The notes beneath the pieces were generated by a model that worked only from the letters and a program-made list of their open reading frames with translations, was not told the origin of the DNA and searched no databases. A program made the translations under genes and the position numbers. 64,000 nucleotides of DNA from the human T2T-CHM13v2.0 reference genome, Homo sapiens: NCBI RefSeq assembly GCF_009914755.1, contig NC_060929.1; one strand, written 5' to 3'. Below, one piece after another: positions 31,701 through 46,215 of this stretch; the stretch's first letter is position 1; each line of letters opens with the position of its first letter.

Positions 31701-33650
31701 TGAAGAAAAAAAATATAAGCATTTGTTACCTAAAGTTAGAATTTTTTATATCCTAAGTATTTTACTAAGCATCAGGAAACCTAATCCTAGTTTCATGACT
31801 AACAGAATACATGCATTTGCATCTAACCTTAAAATGTTTCTTTGTTGTATAGAAAGTTTCAATAATAAAACCTTATTTTGCTTTAAAATATGTAAATTGA
31901 TGCAAACTTGCAGATCCAGAGCCTGAAAAATATTTCTGAATCTGACTCCAAAAATATTAGATAGTCAGCAAGTAATTATTTAAATTAAAAATGGAAACGC
32001 CAACTCATCTTCCTTGAATTGCATTCTTCCAAATACTGCTTTGTGAGTGCGCAAAAGGCTTCTATTAATACATTTTTTATTTCAACTTTAGCTTGTGTAT
32101 GTAAAACTTAATCATAAGGTTGATATGTACTAGGGGATATTAGAATAATTAAAATAAAGGCTTTAAACTGCACTTTCTTATGAAAAATTACACAGCTTTC
32201 TACATGAAGGGCTGCAACAAGTTACCCACAAAGCAATCAAATAGAGGTAGGATTGATTGTGAGGAGCAAAAACTTTCAAGGCTCAACATTGATGGACAGA
32301 CACACCTAGCTTGTATTGTGGCTTTCCTTAATACTCATGGGTCTTCATCAAATTGCATAATGCTTCTAAATTTCAACTTGCTTTTTTCATAAAATGGTTA
32401 TTAGAATTTTTTTCAGCTGAGTCAATGTGATTATTTTCATATGTTGCTTAGCACAGTATCTTGTACATAATAGCTATGCAACAATTGCAATTATTTTTCA
32501 TATTATTTTCTATTTTGTATATAGTCATTTCAAAAAAGAGTGCTTTTACTTTAAGAGCCATTATGCGAATGCATACTTCTTTTATCAAATTTTGGGGGAA
32601 TGTATTTAAAGAATAATATCAGGCTTGTGTGGTAGAGCCACAGCACACTCCGCACAATTAATTAACTCAAAAGTTCATTCTTCAGACCCTGGCCTGATCC
32701 CAGGTCATCCTTGTTTTTATCTTTCTGAACTGGCTTGGTTTCCTTAACAGCTTGTTCCCTTTCTATGAATGAGTCCAAAATATTCTGCTACAAAAAAACA
32801 GAGAAGAAACAAAAAAATCCTTTTCTGCAGCTAATATCCACTAGATTTCATTTTCAGGAACCACTCCAGGTTCAGCTTTCTGCTTTCTATACTATGTTAC
32901 TCTGATTTAGCCACAGTCATGCCTGGATTCTTCCTTTCTGACGTGGCCTCTTCAAATGCATATTACTGCCTCTTGTATCAAGCCTCAGTTCCAAGATTTG
33001 CACTTAAAAAGAGTCAGTTCTCCCCGCCGCCTTTTAGGCCAACTCTAGCTACATGGAAAAAATAAACATCTGATTTCCAGAGAAGGTTGTTCAAAAATCC
33101 TTCATAATTTTCCAAAACGTAGTCTTTTCTCTTTTCCTTCAGCCTTATTATTGGCTATTCATTCTATTCTCGCTCTCCCGCCTTTGTATCTAAAAAGACT
33201 GAATAGAATTCACAATGACAGCTAAAGCAAAGGAGTAATCACTTTAATTCCTCATGTTAAACGTAATTCTTAGTGGAGATACCACAAGATTAGATTCTTA
33301 AAATGTCAAGAAAAGATAGCCATTTGACAAAAACAGTAGGGAATTCTAATCAAAAAGATCATCAATTGAAAAAAAAAACATGAATGCATGAAACAAAAGC
33401 ATATTTGGGAAATTCCTAGTATGTATAGCTCAGTTTGCTGACCGCATGGCTAAGAAAATAAACAATAATAAAATAAAAGACTGGAAATATAGGTAGGGCC
33501 TAGATCATGGAGGATCTTTTATGCTATGCATAATGATTAGAAGTCTATCTTATTGACAAGAATACTGAGCAGCAAAACACTATTTTCAAACTTGTGTTTT
33601 AGGAAAATTCTGGTTGGAATAGATTTTTATCTTAGAAAAAAACATTCAAC

Positions 33651-33743
33651 CTTGAACCTAGGAGGCGGAGCTTGCAGTCAGCCAAGGTAGCGCCATTGCA
33701 CTGCAGCCTGGGTGACAAGAGTGGAGACTGCGTCCCACAAAAA
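33651..33743 (+). mobile_element. 5'-truncated Alu (3' part of right arm)
   Basis: cttgaacctaggaggcggagcttgcagt...; TSD agaaaaaaacattcaacct at 33634-33652 and 33744-33762. Confidence 0.92.
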
Positions 33744-34482
33744 AGAAAAAAACATTCAACCTCATTTCCTTTTTCACTCCTGACAGTAAAACCGTATTAC
33801 TTTCCTTTCCTTTTCCATCGCTTCTACCATCATACTTCTAAATCTAACAAGTTTCATTTAGATGTGAAGATATAGAAATAAAATGGCTTGGCCTGAAATA
33901 GTAGTTGTGAAAGCAATGCTTTATTTTCCAAAACAGGCTATAAATTCATAATTATCACTGAAACTCAAAAAATCCTTATGGGGTTGGCAAGCTAAGTGGC
34001 ATTATTTACATTTGCAGATGAAAATGAGAGGCCTAGAAAGGTCAATTTATTATTGAAAGTTATACTATAAAATGTGGAGCCTGGGCAGTCTCTTACACGT
34101 AACTAAAAATGGCAGAGCAGGAACTTCTGTCTCTGCAAACTACGGGCTTTCTCTTTAAACATGACGAAAAATGCTAGACAAGATAAAAAGATAAAAACTA
34201 ACGGATAGCAAATATAAATGTTTATGAGTAGGGGCATGGGTGGTGTAGGGTTGATTGATACACAAAGGCCTTTGTGAGGACTCGTCTTCATGGAAGTTTA
34301 ATTATTGCAAGTACTTTTTTAAGAAAGCATGACAGGAACAATAAACCTTAAACTCAACAATGATTGCTACCTAGAAAAATATGCTTGAAATATTGTCTTT
34401 TTACTATATTAGAAAAGTTGATTCAATACAAAATAAGCTCCTAATGTAGAAGTGATCATTAAAAAGGTAAAAAAGTGAGGTT

Positions 34483-34836
<354 letters not shown>

Positions 34837-37623
34837 TTATGATAATGAATACAAGGGAAGAAAAACAAAAGCAAAACATAGTATCAAGGACTGTGATAGT
34901 TGGACTATTTACATTTTTTTCTCCTGAAAATTTCTTAAAAACCAACTTGGTTCCATTATAATTTCCCTAATTTAAGAACCATTTCTGGAATCTAGCAATT
35001 GTCATAAACACAAAGAATCACAAGTAGCCATTCCATTTTCCAGGACAGCCATCTGGTACCAGAGTTTGCTGCCTGTAATCAAGAATAGTTTAACCCAGGC
35101 AACTGGTTGATGCTGTTACAAATTCCTTTACAGAAACACTAACAAATCTTACTCTGCCTAATTACCTGTCTACTGATAACATCATCAGTTACATGATATC
35201 CTGTTCCTGAACTGAGGTTAGAACCAAACTTCACAGATGACACAGGGACAAAGTATCCCCAATACTCTTTAAGAAACCCTGTGTCCTGAGTGGTGCAAGC
35301 TCACTGGTCTGCGAGCGATAGGAAGTTAATACAAAGTAGGAAACAAGGACAATATGAAAGTCAAATGGAATCATAACAAGCTGGAAAACATACTCCAAAA
35401 GTTTATTTCTGCAAAATAAACTTTTTGATGATAAAGCAAAAGATGAAACAGAAATTCTGATTGCTATACAAATTCTTCCAAATTTACATTTTAATGCCTT
35501 TTCAATACTGGCCTAACAAAATATTTCTTGAAAGTGTAGAATTTCTCTTCTTCCTGTTGAACCTCGGTTATTTTTTAGGTACTCTGAGCCTGAAACCAGC
35601 TAGCTAAACCGTCTAGAACAATGTGTCAAGTTGACTCAATTAAGGACAAAATAAAAATAAATTTTCATGGAAATAGAGAGTTGTATTCACATGAATGCCA
35701 AAATAATGCCTGATGAATAACAGTATTACAGTGAATACAAATGAAATCATAATTTGTCATTTACTTAATTTGTGCTATTAAATGCTTGATAAGAATGTCA
35801 GAAGTGTTTTTAAAATGCTCATTAAAATGGTTTATTATAATGATGAGGTAGAATTACTATTAAAGGATTAATATGAATCAAGCATGTATTGGGAAAGGAT
35901 TGAAAGGAAAAATGCAGAGAAAAAAGAAAATGTAACCCCAAATATAGATCATGAATACATATGTTCTGAGAATGTCATAGAAGAATTATGCAGCATTTAA
36001 AAGCACAAAATTTTTGAAAAAATAAAATGTATACCTTAAGCACTCTTTAATATAAATGCATACCTAAATGTAAGAAATAAATGCTAATAAATACTTTCAT
36101 ATTTTCAAGATTTCATGGTTAAGGTATATAAATTACACGTTATATTTCAATGACATATGAGTTGATATAATTATAATTCTTAAAATATACTTTACCATGT
36201 AAGAAATTCATATGCATTTCTGAAACTTTATTATTGGCTTTTGTGGACATTTTATGCTTAACAACGTAAAGACAGTTATCCTTGCAATATTTTTAAAACA
36301 TAGTTTATAATATAGACATAGTGAACATCCTTTATTTATATAAATACTGTTTATTTGTAATACTCAATTTCCATTGCATTTGAATTCTATCAGGAAAGTT
36401 TTTAGTGTAAAATAATATAGTCTCTAGAATTGAACAGTTTTAGTTTCAGAAGGAATATTCACAAGCAACATCGAAGGAGAAATGAAAAATTATCTGCTGA
36501 ATTTGGCTCATGTATTTTGAAAAGCAGCTTATATAAGCCAACCCAAAATTCTATCATCTGATGGAATAACAAGCATGTTTTCACACATTGAATGTTTTAA
36601 TCCTATTTGTCAGTTTGTTAGCTTGCTTTTCCAAATCTCTCATTTAAATTGGCCCACGGAATCTCTGGTTAACTTAAGTCTAGCAAAAAGAAATGAGTCT
36701 CTGACACTAGGCTGTTAAAAGGTCAACAAGAGTGACAGCTTCAGCATCTCAATTGCAGATTTTCAGCTAAAAGCCAACTGATGTCAAGATTAAGTCAAAG
36801 CCAAGACCTCATCATAACAAACAGATTGTCAAAACAGGAAAGCAGAGCACGGTTTATAATAGGAAGCATAAGAAGCTGGCTTTCTGTAAATTTGAGGGCA
36901 TGACAGAAATCTGAGGGGCCCTCAAAAACCCAACCTACCACTTTGCCATTGAAACATTAAATCTTGGAGGTTTGTTGATCTTCCATATATAATGAAAAAG
37001 AGACAGATGTTTTTGTGTCTGTGGTGGTAGTTTGGGAAGGGGAAATGTTTAACATACATCAGCTTTCAATTACTTTATTAATTTTGACTTTTGTAATAAA
37101 TATAGAAGTAGTAAAATCAATTAGAAGTAGTAGAAACAAATGAAGTAATTTAGCAATAGATTAGCGCTGAATCAACAAATACGAAATGACACTGATGGTA
37201 GGAATGCAAACCAAAGATGAAATTGGCATATGTACATTTTTTTCTCATTTAAAACTTTATTTTGGCAGTTATTCAGGACAGAGATAACTTTAGAAAGAAA
37301 CTGAAATAAAAGTTGTAAAATTAATAGCAGATATTATTGGAAAGGAGCTTTGGATCAATTTACAGAGCTGTATTGGTATCTTAAAATGATATGATTGCAT
37401 ATTTAAACTTGAAGATATATCCCAAAAACTTGACATAATTTACAATGAGGTATCATTTGCCATCACATATGCACACAATAAAATACAACTGATATATATT
37501 GACCGTATACTATGCACCATACTCTCTTCTAGATTTTTGAAATAAATTAGAGAATAAAAAACAAATTCCTGCCTTTATGTTGTGTACATTTTCATAAGCT
37601 GGAAGGTGTTAAGGGCTATGTAA

Positions 37624-38108
<485 letters not shown>

Positions 38109-38249
38109 AAGAGTTGCAATTTTAAAAATAATACTGTGTTCAAGGCAGGATGAATTGATAAAACATTTTTGCAAAGATCTGAAGAAGACTACCATGAGCA
38201 TCTTGAATAATAATTTAAAATCATAACATGATTAAATTTAAAATATATA

Positions 38250-38400
38250 AATAAGAAATATTGATGAAAAAGGGATGGATAAATGGGCAGATACATGTTA
38301 AAGCAAATATAATAAAATATTAAATGAGAGGTGGTGGGTATTCACAATAAATTTCTTTCACCTTTACAGAATGTTTAAACATTTTAAATAAAATTTTGGA
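38250..38400 (+). mobile_element. L1ME-type 3' end fragment
   Basis: 'aaagcaaatataataaaatattaa...ggtggtgggtattcac...ctttcacc...tgtttaaacattttaaataaa'. Confidence 0.55.
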
Positions 38401-40362
38401 ACAAAAAGCGTAGAAGGATTTTCTCTGTACACACATATTCTAATTTTTACATATCTTCCTTTTCTTTCTTTTTTCTTTCCCAGTCCTTATGCCTCTATTT
38501 CTAAAAATTACATATGAAAATTTATTTTAAATTATATTCTGTTTTCTACTATCTTGGCAACCATTAATTTCCATAAATAATGTTTACTTTTCTCACATGA
38601 CTTTACATTCAGAACTTCACTTCTAAACATTAAGATTTTCTTTAACTTTCCTTGCTAAATTTCAGAGCATGGGGAAACCAGAGGGTAAGCCTCAGATAAA
38701 GTCATACAATGAAGTTTAAATATCAAAACAAAACAAAAATAATCTCTAGAAAGGCATCTTTTTTTCAAAAGATGGATAGCAATAGTTGCCTAACTACTCC
38801 CAAATTTTGGCCTGATTCCAAGAAATAGAATGACTTAAATATGACAAAGACTAATTGTCAACTATGTATTAAATTACAAGTAGATTTTAAAATTGTAAAC
38901 TCATAATTGAATTTTATAACATATTGAATAAAATCTCTAAAATTAGAGTACATATAGCTCATACTATCAATTATTATGTGAGTTAAAACAAAAAACCAAG
39001 CTTCCTTTTTTAAAAACCTTATTTCTATATGAATGTACTTCTGAAAGAGATTCTAATTAAAGAAAAGAGAGGAATCCTTAATTTCCAAATACTGGCTCCT
39101 GTGAGGTCAAAATACCTTATATCCTGTACCAAAAACACAGTAGATACTCACTTGTGTTGAAATACTTAACTAAAGAGATTCCAGCTCAAAATACAGGTCA
39201 TAGCACCGTATCAAATCCATACATATTCATGTGTTTTTCTTTCGTTATCATATATGTTATGTTATTCTCATGTGGGGAGGCAGTGTCTCCTTCCTAGTTT
39301 TCTTATTTTTGTGATTTATTTTTTCTCGCCACCCTCTCTTCCTTCATGTTAGCACAATGAATTTCAGGGATTTTAAGTGGTAGTTTTTTAAGAGAATATG
39401 GATACATGATCACATCTTTCATGTCTTAGCTAAACGGCCTTATTCCTTCATTCCCATTGAACTTCAATTTTCTTCTCTGTAAAAGTGGATAATAGCAATG
39501 ACCCTATGAAATGTTGGGAAGAAGGATACAATAATAGATTCCAGGGATTCTGAAGGGTGGATGATTTTACTGAATTCTATTTATTATCACTTTGCTAGGC
39601 ACCAATGTGGCATTTTGACAGTTTATTGGGAGATTTAGATTTTTTAGCTTTTTTTTTTATAAATTTATTTAGCATATTTATAATATAATACATTCAGACA
39701 TTTCAAGTGCTATATTTTCTCAAAGACATTTGTTTTTCCATTATAATTTCTATGTTGCTGTTTACCTCTGGCTAATCATGAGTTCAAACTTTAACAAAAC
39801 ATTTTACGTACCTTATAACCAAAAACTGATTTTTATAATGTTTTATAAAAACACCCCCAAATTTAACAACACACACATTTATAACCCATCAGTATCATCA
39901 GCAGCATAAAAATTAATAAATGGCATTAATAATGTCATTTTTATCAAAATGGTTGAACTTCTTTGATCACTTCCAATTTTTAAGGTAATATTACACATTG
40001 TTAATTATAAAAACAAAGATAAACTTTAAATAACAGACTGACATTTTGAACATGTTTAACTTCATGTAAAATGGTGTTCATAGATATAGATTTATAGGAT
40101 AACCAAATCCCTTCTTTGAAATTGCTCTTAGATGAAAAAGCAACTTGGGCAAGGCTTTGTCTCCTCCTCAGGGTGGCCCATATTTAGTTAATAATCTTGA
40201 TGGAGTTTAAATGCCTGGCCATCGTGCTTCAAAATCCATTCATCCTAGCTCCAAAACTTATCTTTGGACAAGCTAAGTCCTTTATTCCAAGGACATCCAA
40301 GTCTTACTCCCCACTCTGTCTAATCTTGCTTCCTTCCCTGAAACAGGCTTTCTTTCTGAGAA

Positions 40363-41081
40363 TGAAGCTGCCTTGGCAAAAATCATAACAGTGGGAAAAT
40401 TCTGACAGTGAAAAGGATCTGATGTAACCAACTCCATTTTGCTTTCGTCTTGCAAACCGCCCTTGGTCATTCCTGGGCTTGGACCACATTTTCTTTGGGA
40501 AAAATTTAATGTATAGTTTAAATGATGATAGCCCTTCCCTTCCATTAAACCACCTTTATAAAACTAGTGAAAGACCACCAGGTTAGGAAGATGAGAGAAG
40601 TGAGAATTATGCTAAGATATAGGCATTAAATGATTACCAGCCATTATTCCACAGGTCACATAATTTGCACCTTCCCCAATCACTTCTGCAGATAAAATCA
40701 CCATTGTAGAACCAAAGACTGGCCTTTTGAGATATCTTTTCAGGCTTTTGCATCTCTGATGACTAGATGGCCCCACCCAGAGTGCTGTGGGCCCCGCTCA
40801 TAAGTGGACTAAATGCATGAGAACTATTTTCCATATCCTTATGATTGCATCTCCAACCAGTCAGTAACACCCATTCCCTAGCCAGCCCTCTCCCTGGGGA
40901 ACTATCTTTGCAAAGCCCTAACCTCCAAATTCTGGGGAAGGCTGATTTCAGTAATAATAAATTCCAGTCACCCTTTTAGACAGCTGTCTGTGTATTGAAA
41001 TCTTTCTCTATTGTAATTTCTTTGTCTTGATACATCAGCTCTATGTGGGAAGCAGGCAAAATAACTCATTGGGCAGTTATA
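40363..41081 (+). mobile_element. LTR8-family (LTR8A/B-like, ERV1) solo LTR
   Basis: tgaagctgccttggcaaaaatcataacagtg start; cattgggcagttata end; AATAAA ~40966; 4-bp TSD agaa. Confidence 0.88.
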
Positions 41082-42622
41082 AGAAAACATCTCAACCAGT
41101 TGCTTTTCCATTGATCTCAGATCATCAAATTCTATTTTCTGGGGGAACCAAATGTGAATGATTCTTAGAAAAAACAAAAATATGATATTTCTAGGTACTT
41201 GAAAAATTATCATTATGCTTTATATGAAAATAGGTAACTACAGTGAATTTCTATTTTACCTACAATATCCAGGCAAGTGCTTTGGCTGTAATTCTAACTC
41301 AGCTAGTGCCAGCAGTGTGGTCTTCTATGTTACTATAATTTCTCTAATTTTCTTATATGCATAATGTATTATTCATAGAGCAAACTCATGATATAATGAA
41401 CTAAATAATGTAAGAAAGCACACTTAATCACTGCACTAACTTAGGTTAAACATTCTGAGTTAGGGCATGTTTTAGTAGATAAACATAGGATACATGCTCA
41501 TCTTTTAACGACAGCAGTATTCATAGATAAAATTCTATAAATTCTTTGCATTTGAAACACAATCTCAACTTCAATTCCAAAATAAGAACAGAGACATAAA
41601 TGAGCTTCATATTTATACTTGAATCAACTGAACAACCTCAGCAACCAGTAGGTGGCTTAAGAAAAAACAGTGCTGCTCACTTTGAGATGCAAGAACTTAA
41701 AAGTACACTTATGAGATTTATTTTTAATGCTTGTAAGAGTAATGTAGTAAGAAATTCTCATCGTTATGCTGTCAACACTCAATCGTAAGCTGTAATGTCA
41801 AAGACCACACAGTTTCTTACAGTTCTATGAAATACAACACAAACCTAATAAATGATAGGAACATCAAAAAACAGGTAATACACACTAAATTCTGGTTGTT
41901 TGCAAAACTCAAGTTTTCTCAGAAGAAGAAACAAAAATTACAGGTAAGCGCTTACAGTATTAACTCCTTAACAAAAACCTTACTAAATAATAGCTTCTGG
42001 AAAACTTTTGATTTTACATTTTTCCTTTCACACTGTGTAATTCTGTACTCTATTTCACAGAACAATGCTCCACTGAACGCTGTCACTCCCACAAATGGTA
42101 TGGTAGCTGTCAGTGATTTTCAAAGAAAGCTGAATAATATGTACATATCATATCTTAATGTGTTCAAAACACATGGACCTTTTTGGTGTGAAGAGCAAAT
42201 ACAGAATGTGACCATAAGGTGACACATGGCTCATGCTGTGGGGCCAAACAGCATGAAACCGCAAGCTTCATTAGTGATTCTTCTCATAGCAGCTGGCCAA
42301 TGGATCATGAAAATGAATCAGGAATATTAGGCTTTTTTTTTTCTTTTTTTCACTTTCTGCATTCAGAAGCAATTTGAACAGTTGGATTCCACATGTTGAT
42401 GGGTTGTATTTCAACTTTCTGCTTTTTACTTTATACATTTCCATTCTAAAATCATACACCCTAACTCATGCATTTGTTACAGATAACAAACCCATTTGAA
42501 GCTCTTAGTTGACTGTCTTCCAGTAAAAATGCATGTTAGGAAATAATGCCTTTCCTTTAAGTTGAAAAAGTCCCTCAATTGTTTTGAAGTAAGCCAAACT
42601 TTTCTTATTAAACACAAAATGA

Positions 42623-43261
<639 letters not shown>

Positions 43262-44416
43262 TCAAATTAATTAATTTTCTATCCATAAGAAACAGTTTGT
43301 ATCACACTATTCAATGCTGGGGATACTGGAGTTTGGATGCATGATGTTTCTGAATGAGCATCCCTTCAACATAATATTCTCCTGATGTGAAAAGAAGAGT
43401 ACCTATCAAAAAAAGGAAAAAAACCTTGTTCATCCTGAATATTAACTATTCTCACTAAAAGTATCAGCTAAAATTAGTTGGAGATCCATTTTTAAGTAAG
43501 TTGAGTCATCAGTGATATCCACTTTATTTTTATATGGAGTGGTCCAATATTACCTAACCCAGCCAACAGTGTTAACTAAATAAATTATTGTAAAATAAAG
43601 TCCTATTTTTTTCTTTGAGGGCACTTTTAGCTACCTAAATTTAACCAATTTGCATTCTCAAATCAGCATGATGATTTTGACAAATGATATTAAACTACCT
43701 TAGAAAAAGAACTACCCAATCAATTATACAACTGACTAGTTTTGCTTCCACTGTAAGCCAGGGGAAGTAACTTTAAGAGTATCTAGAATTGTTAAAAATT
43801 AGTAAGTAGCTGGTAGTCTATTTTATGTGTAGCATAACTTGAGCTTTGGAAATGCCTGTCTAAACATCTAGTAATATATTTCAGAAATAAAAATTAATTG
43901 AAAGGCATTATATTTAAAAGTATCAAAAGATTGAAAAATAACACAGGATTGGTACCTATTATTCTAAAGTACTCTGTAATTATACACATCATGTAATCTA
44001 CCATGTTATGTTCCATCTCTAACCAGGAGACTCACATCATACACTATTTCCTGAGATAATTATCTTATACAATGAAATTTAATTATTTATTTTGCTTGAA
44101 TAGTCATGACTTAACTTCATTTCTGACAGAGCTAACCTTTTTGCCTACAGGAATTTCTCAGGCTAACTATATAGGACCAGATTTTTCTCATTAAAAATGC
44201 CATTGAAATTTCTTAAATTATGAAAGTATAAGCAAGATTAAATATATTAACAATCCTTCTCAAACTTCTTTTATTCAGATTATTTTAGTTCTTTCCCATT
44301 TTGTACTGGCATCATATACAATTTTATGTAATATTCCTATATCTTTAATTGTAAAATACCTCTTGTCAAGGTCCATGGTAACTTGCTGTATGCCAAATCT
44401 GAAAAACATAAAACTT

Positions 44417-44720
44417 CTTTTTTTTTTTTTTTTTTTTTGAGACTGAGTCTCGCTCTGTCGCCCAGGCTGGTGGGAGAAGGCGTGATCTCGGCTCACTGCA
44501 ACCTCTACCTCCTGGGTTCAAGCGATTTTCCTGCCTCAGCTTCCTTACTCGCTGGGATTACAGGCATGCGCCACCACGCCTGGCTAATTTTTGTATTTTT
44601 GGTAGAGACGGGGTTTCGCCATGTTGGCCAGGCTGGTCTCAAACTTCTGACCTCAGGTGATCCACGCACCTCGGCCTCCCGAAGTGCTGGGATTACAGGC
44701 GTGAGCAGCCACGCCCAGCC
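44417..44720 (-). mobile_element. AluS (Sx/Sz-like)
   Basis: Antisense Alu; TSD aaaacttcttt. Confidence 0.95.
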
Positions 44721-44744
44721 AAAACTTCTTTCATCTCGTGTGAG

Positions 44745-45454
44745 TATAACTGCCCAAGGGCTTCAGCTTGCCAGCTGCCTGGACAGAGCTGATTCATCAA
44801 GACAGGGCAACTGCAATAGAGAAAGAGTAATTCACGCAAAGCAAGCTGTGCGGGACATGGGAGTTTTATTACTACTCAAATCAGTCTCTCCGAACACTCC
44901 GGGATCAGAGTTTTTAAGGATAATTTGGTGGGTAGGGAGCCAGTGAATCGGGAGTGCTGATTGGTTGGCTGGGGTATCAAATCACAGGTAGTCAAGCTGT
45001 TCTCTTCTGCTGAGTTAGTTCCTTGGTGGGGGCCGCAGAACTGACTGGCAGGTCAAAGTGGAGCCATCTGGCTGTTGGAAATGCAAAAAACCGAAAAGAC
45101 ACCTCAAAAGGCCGATCTTAGGTTCACAATAGTGATGTTAGCTTCAAGAGGAATGAGGAAGTTGCAAATCTTACGACCTCCAGAATAATAGCTGGTAATA
45201 TTTAGAATTCCAGCCCCTCTCATTTTGACTTGGTGGCTCGTGACCTTTCATTTGTTTTTCAAGAACAGCTTAGCCTTTTGGGAAGGGCTATTATATATAA
45301 ACTATACACTAAATTCCTTCCCAAATCTAGTTTGACCTGTGCCCAGGAATGAACAAGGACAGTTTAGAGGTTACAAGCAAGATGGGGTCAATTAGGTCTA
45401 GTAAGTTTCACTGTCATAATTTTCTCAGTTATGATTTTTGCAAAGGTGACTTCA
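44745..45454 (-). mobile_element. LTR8-family solo LTR (LTR8A-like)
   Basis: tataactgcccaaggg...gctgcctggacagagc start; ttttgcaaaggtgacttca end; TSD tgag/agag. Confidence 0.88.
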
Positions 45455-45524
45455 AGAGCTCTGCATAGCACTTAATAGAGATGACATTTTACTTCTTGAA
45501 ACACACTAACTTCTTGTCTTCCAT

Positions 45525-46215
45525 TGTGACTGACCAGTGGATTCACCTTGTGTGCTGCCTAGACAGAGCCAATTTATAAAGAGAATTGCAACAGAGAAAG
45601 TGTAATTCACCCAGAGCTGGCTGTGAGAGAGACCATAGTTTTATTATTACTCAAATCAGTCTTCCCGAATGAGCATTCAGGGAGCAGAGTTTGTAAGGAC
45701 AACTTGGTGGGTGGGGGGAAGCCGGTGAGCCAGGAATGCTGATTGGTCAGAGATGAAATCATAAGGAGTCAAAGCTGTCTTCTTGCACTGAGTCAGTTCC
45801 TGGGTGGGGGCCACAAGATCAGATGAACCAGTTTATTGATCTGGATGGTGCCAGCTCATCCATCAAGTGCAGGGTCCATAAAATATCTCAAGCACTGATC
45901 ATAGGAACAGTTAAGGAAGGGTCAGAATCTCACAGCCTGCAGTGGCATGACTCCTAAACCATAATTTCTAATCCTGTGGCGAATGTTAGTCCTACAAAGG
46001 CAATCTAGTCCCCAGGCAAGAAGGAGGTCTGCCCTGGGAAAGGGCCACTATCATTTTTGCCTTAAACCACAAACTATAAACTAAGTTTCTCTCAAAGTTA
46101 TTTCAGCCTATGCCCAGGAATGAACAAAGACAGTCTGGAGCTTAGAAGCAAGATGGAGTCAGTTAAGTTAGATCTCTCTCACCGTCTGAGTCACAATCTT
46201 GCAAAGGTGATTTCA
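45525..46215 (-). mobile_element. LTR8 solo LTR
   Basis: tgtgactgaccagtggattcaccttg...gctgcctagacagagc start; ttgcaaaggtgatttca end; perfect TSD ccat. Confidence 0.9.

Noticed and set aside
41827-42222. 131-aa ORF in unique sequence
   Set aside because: AT-driven composition, no recognisable domain, and no exon or promoter context.
44745-46215. Two LTRs as the ends of one deleted provirus
   Set aside because: Separate TSDs, different internal sequence, and an L2-like spacer.
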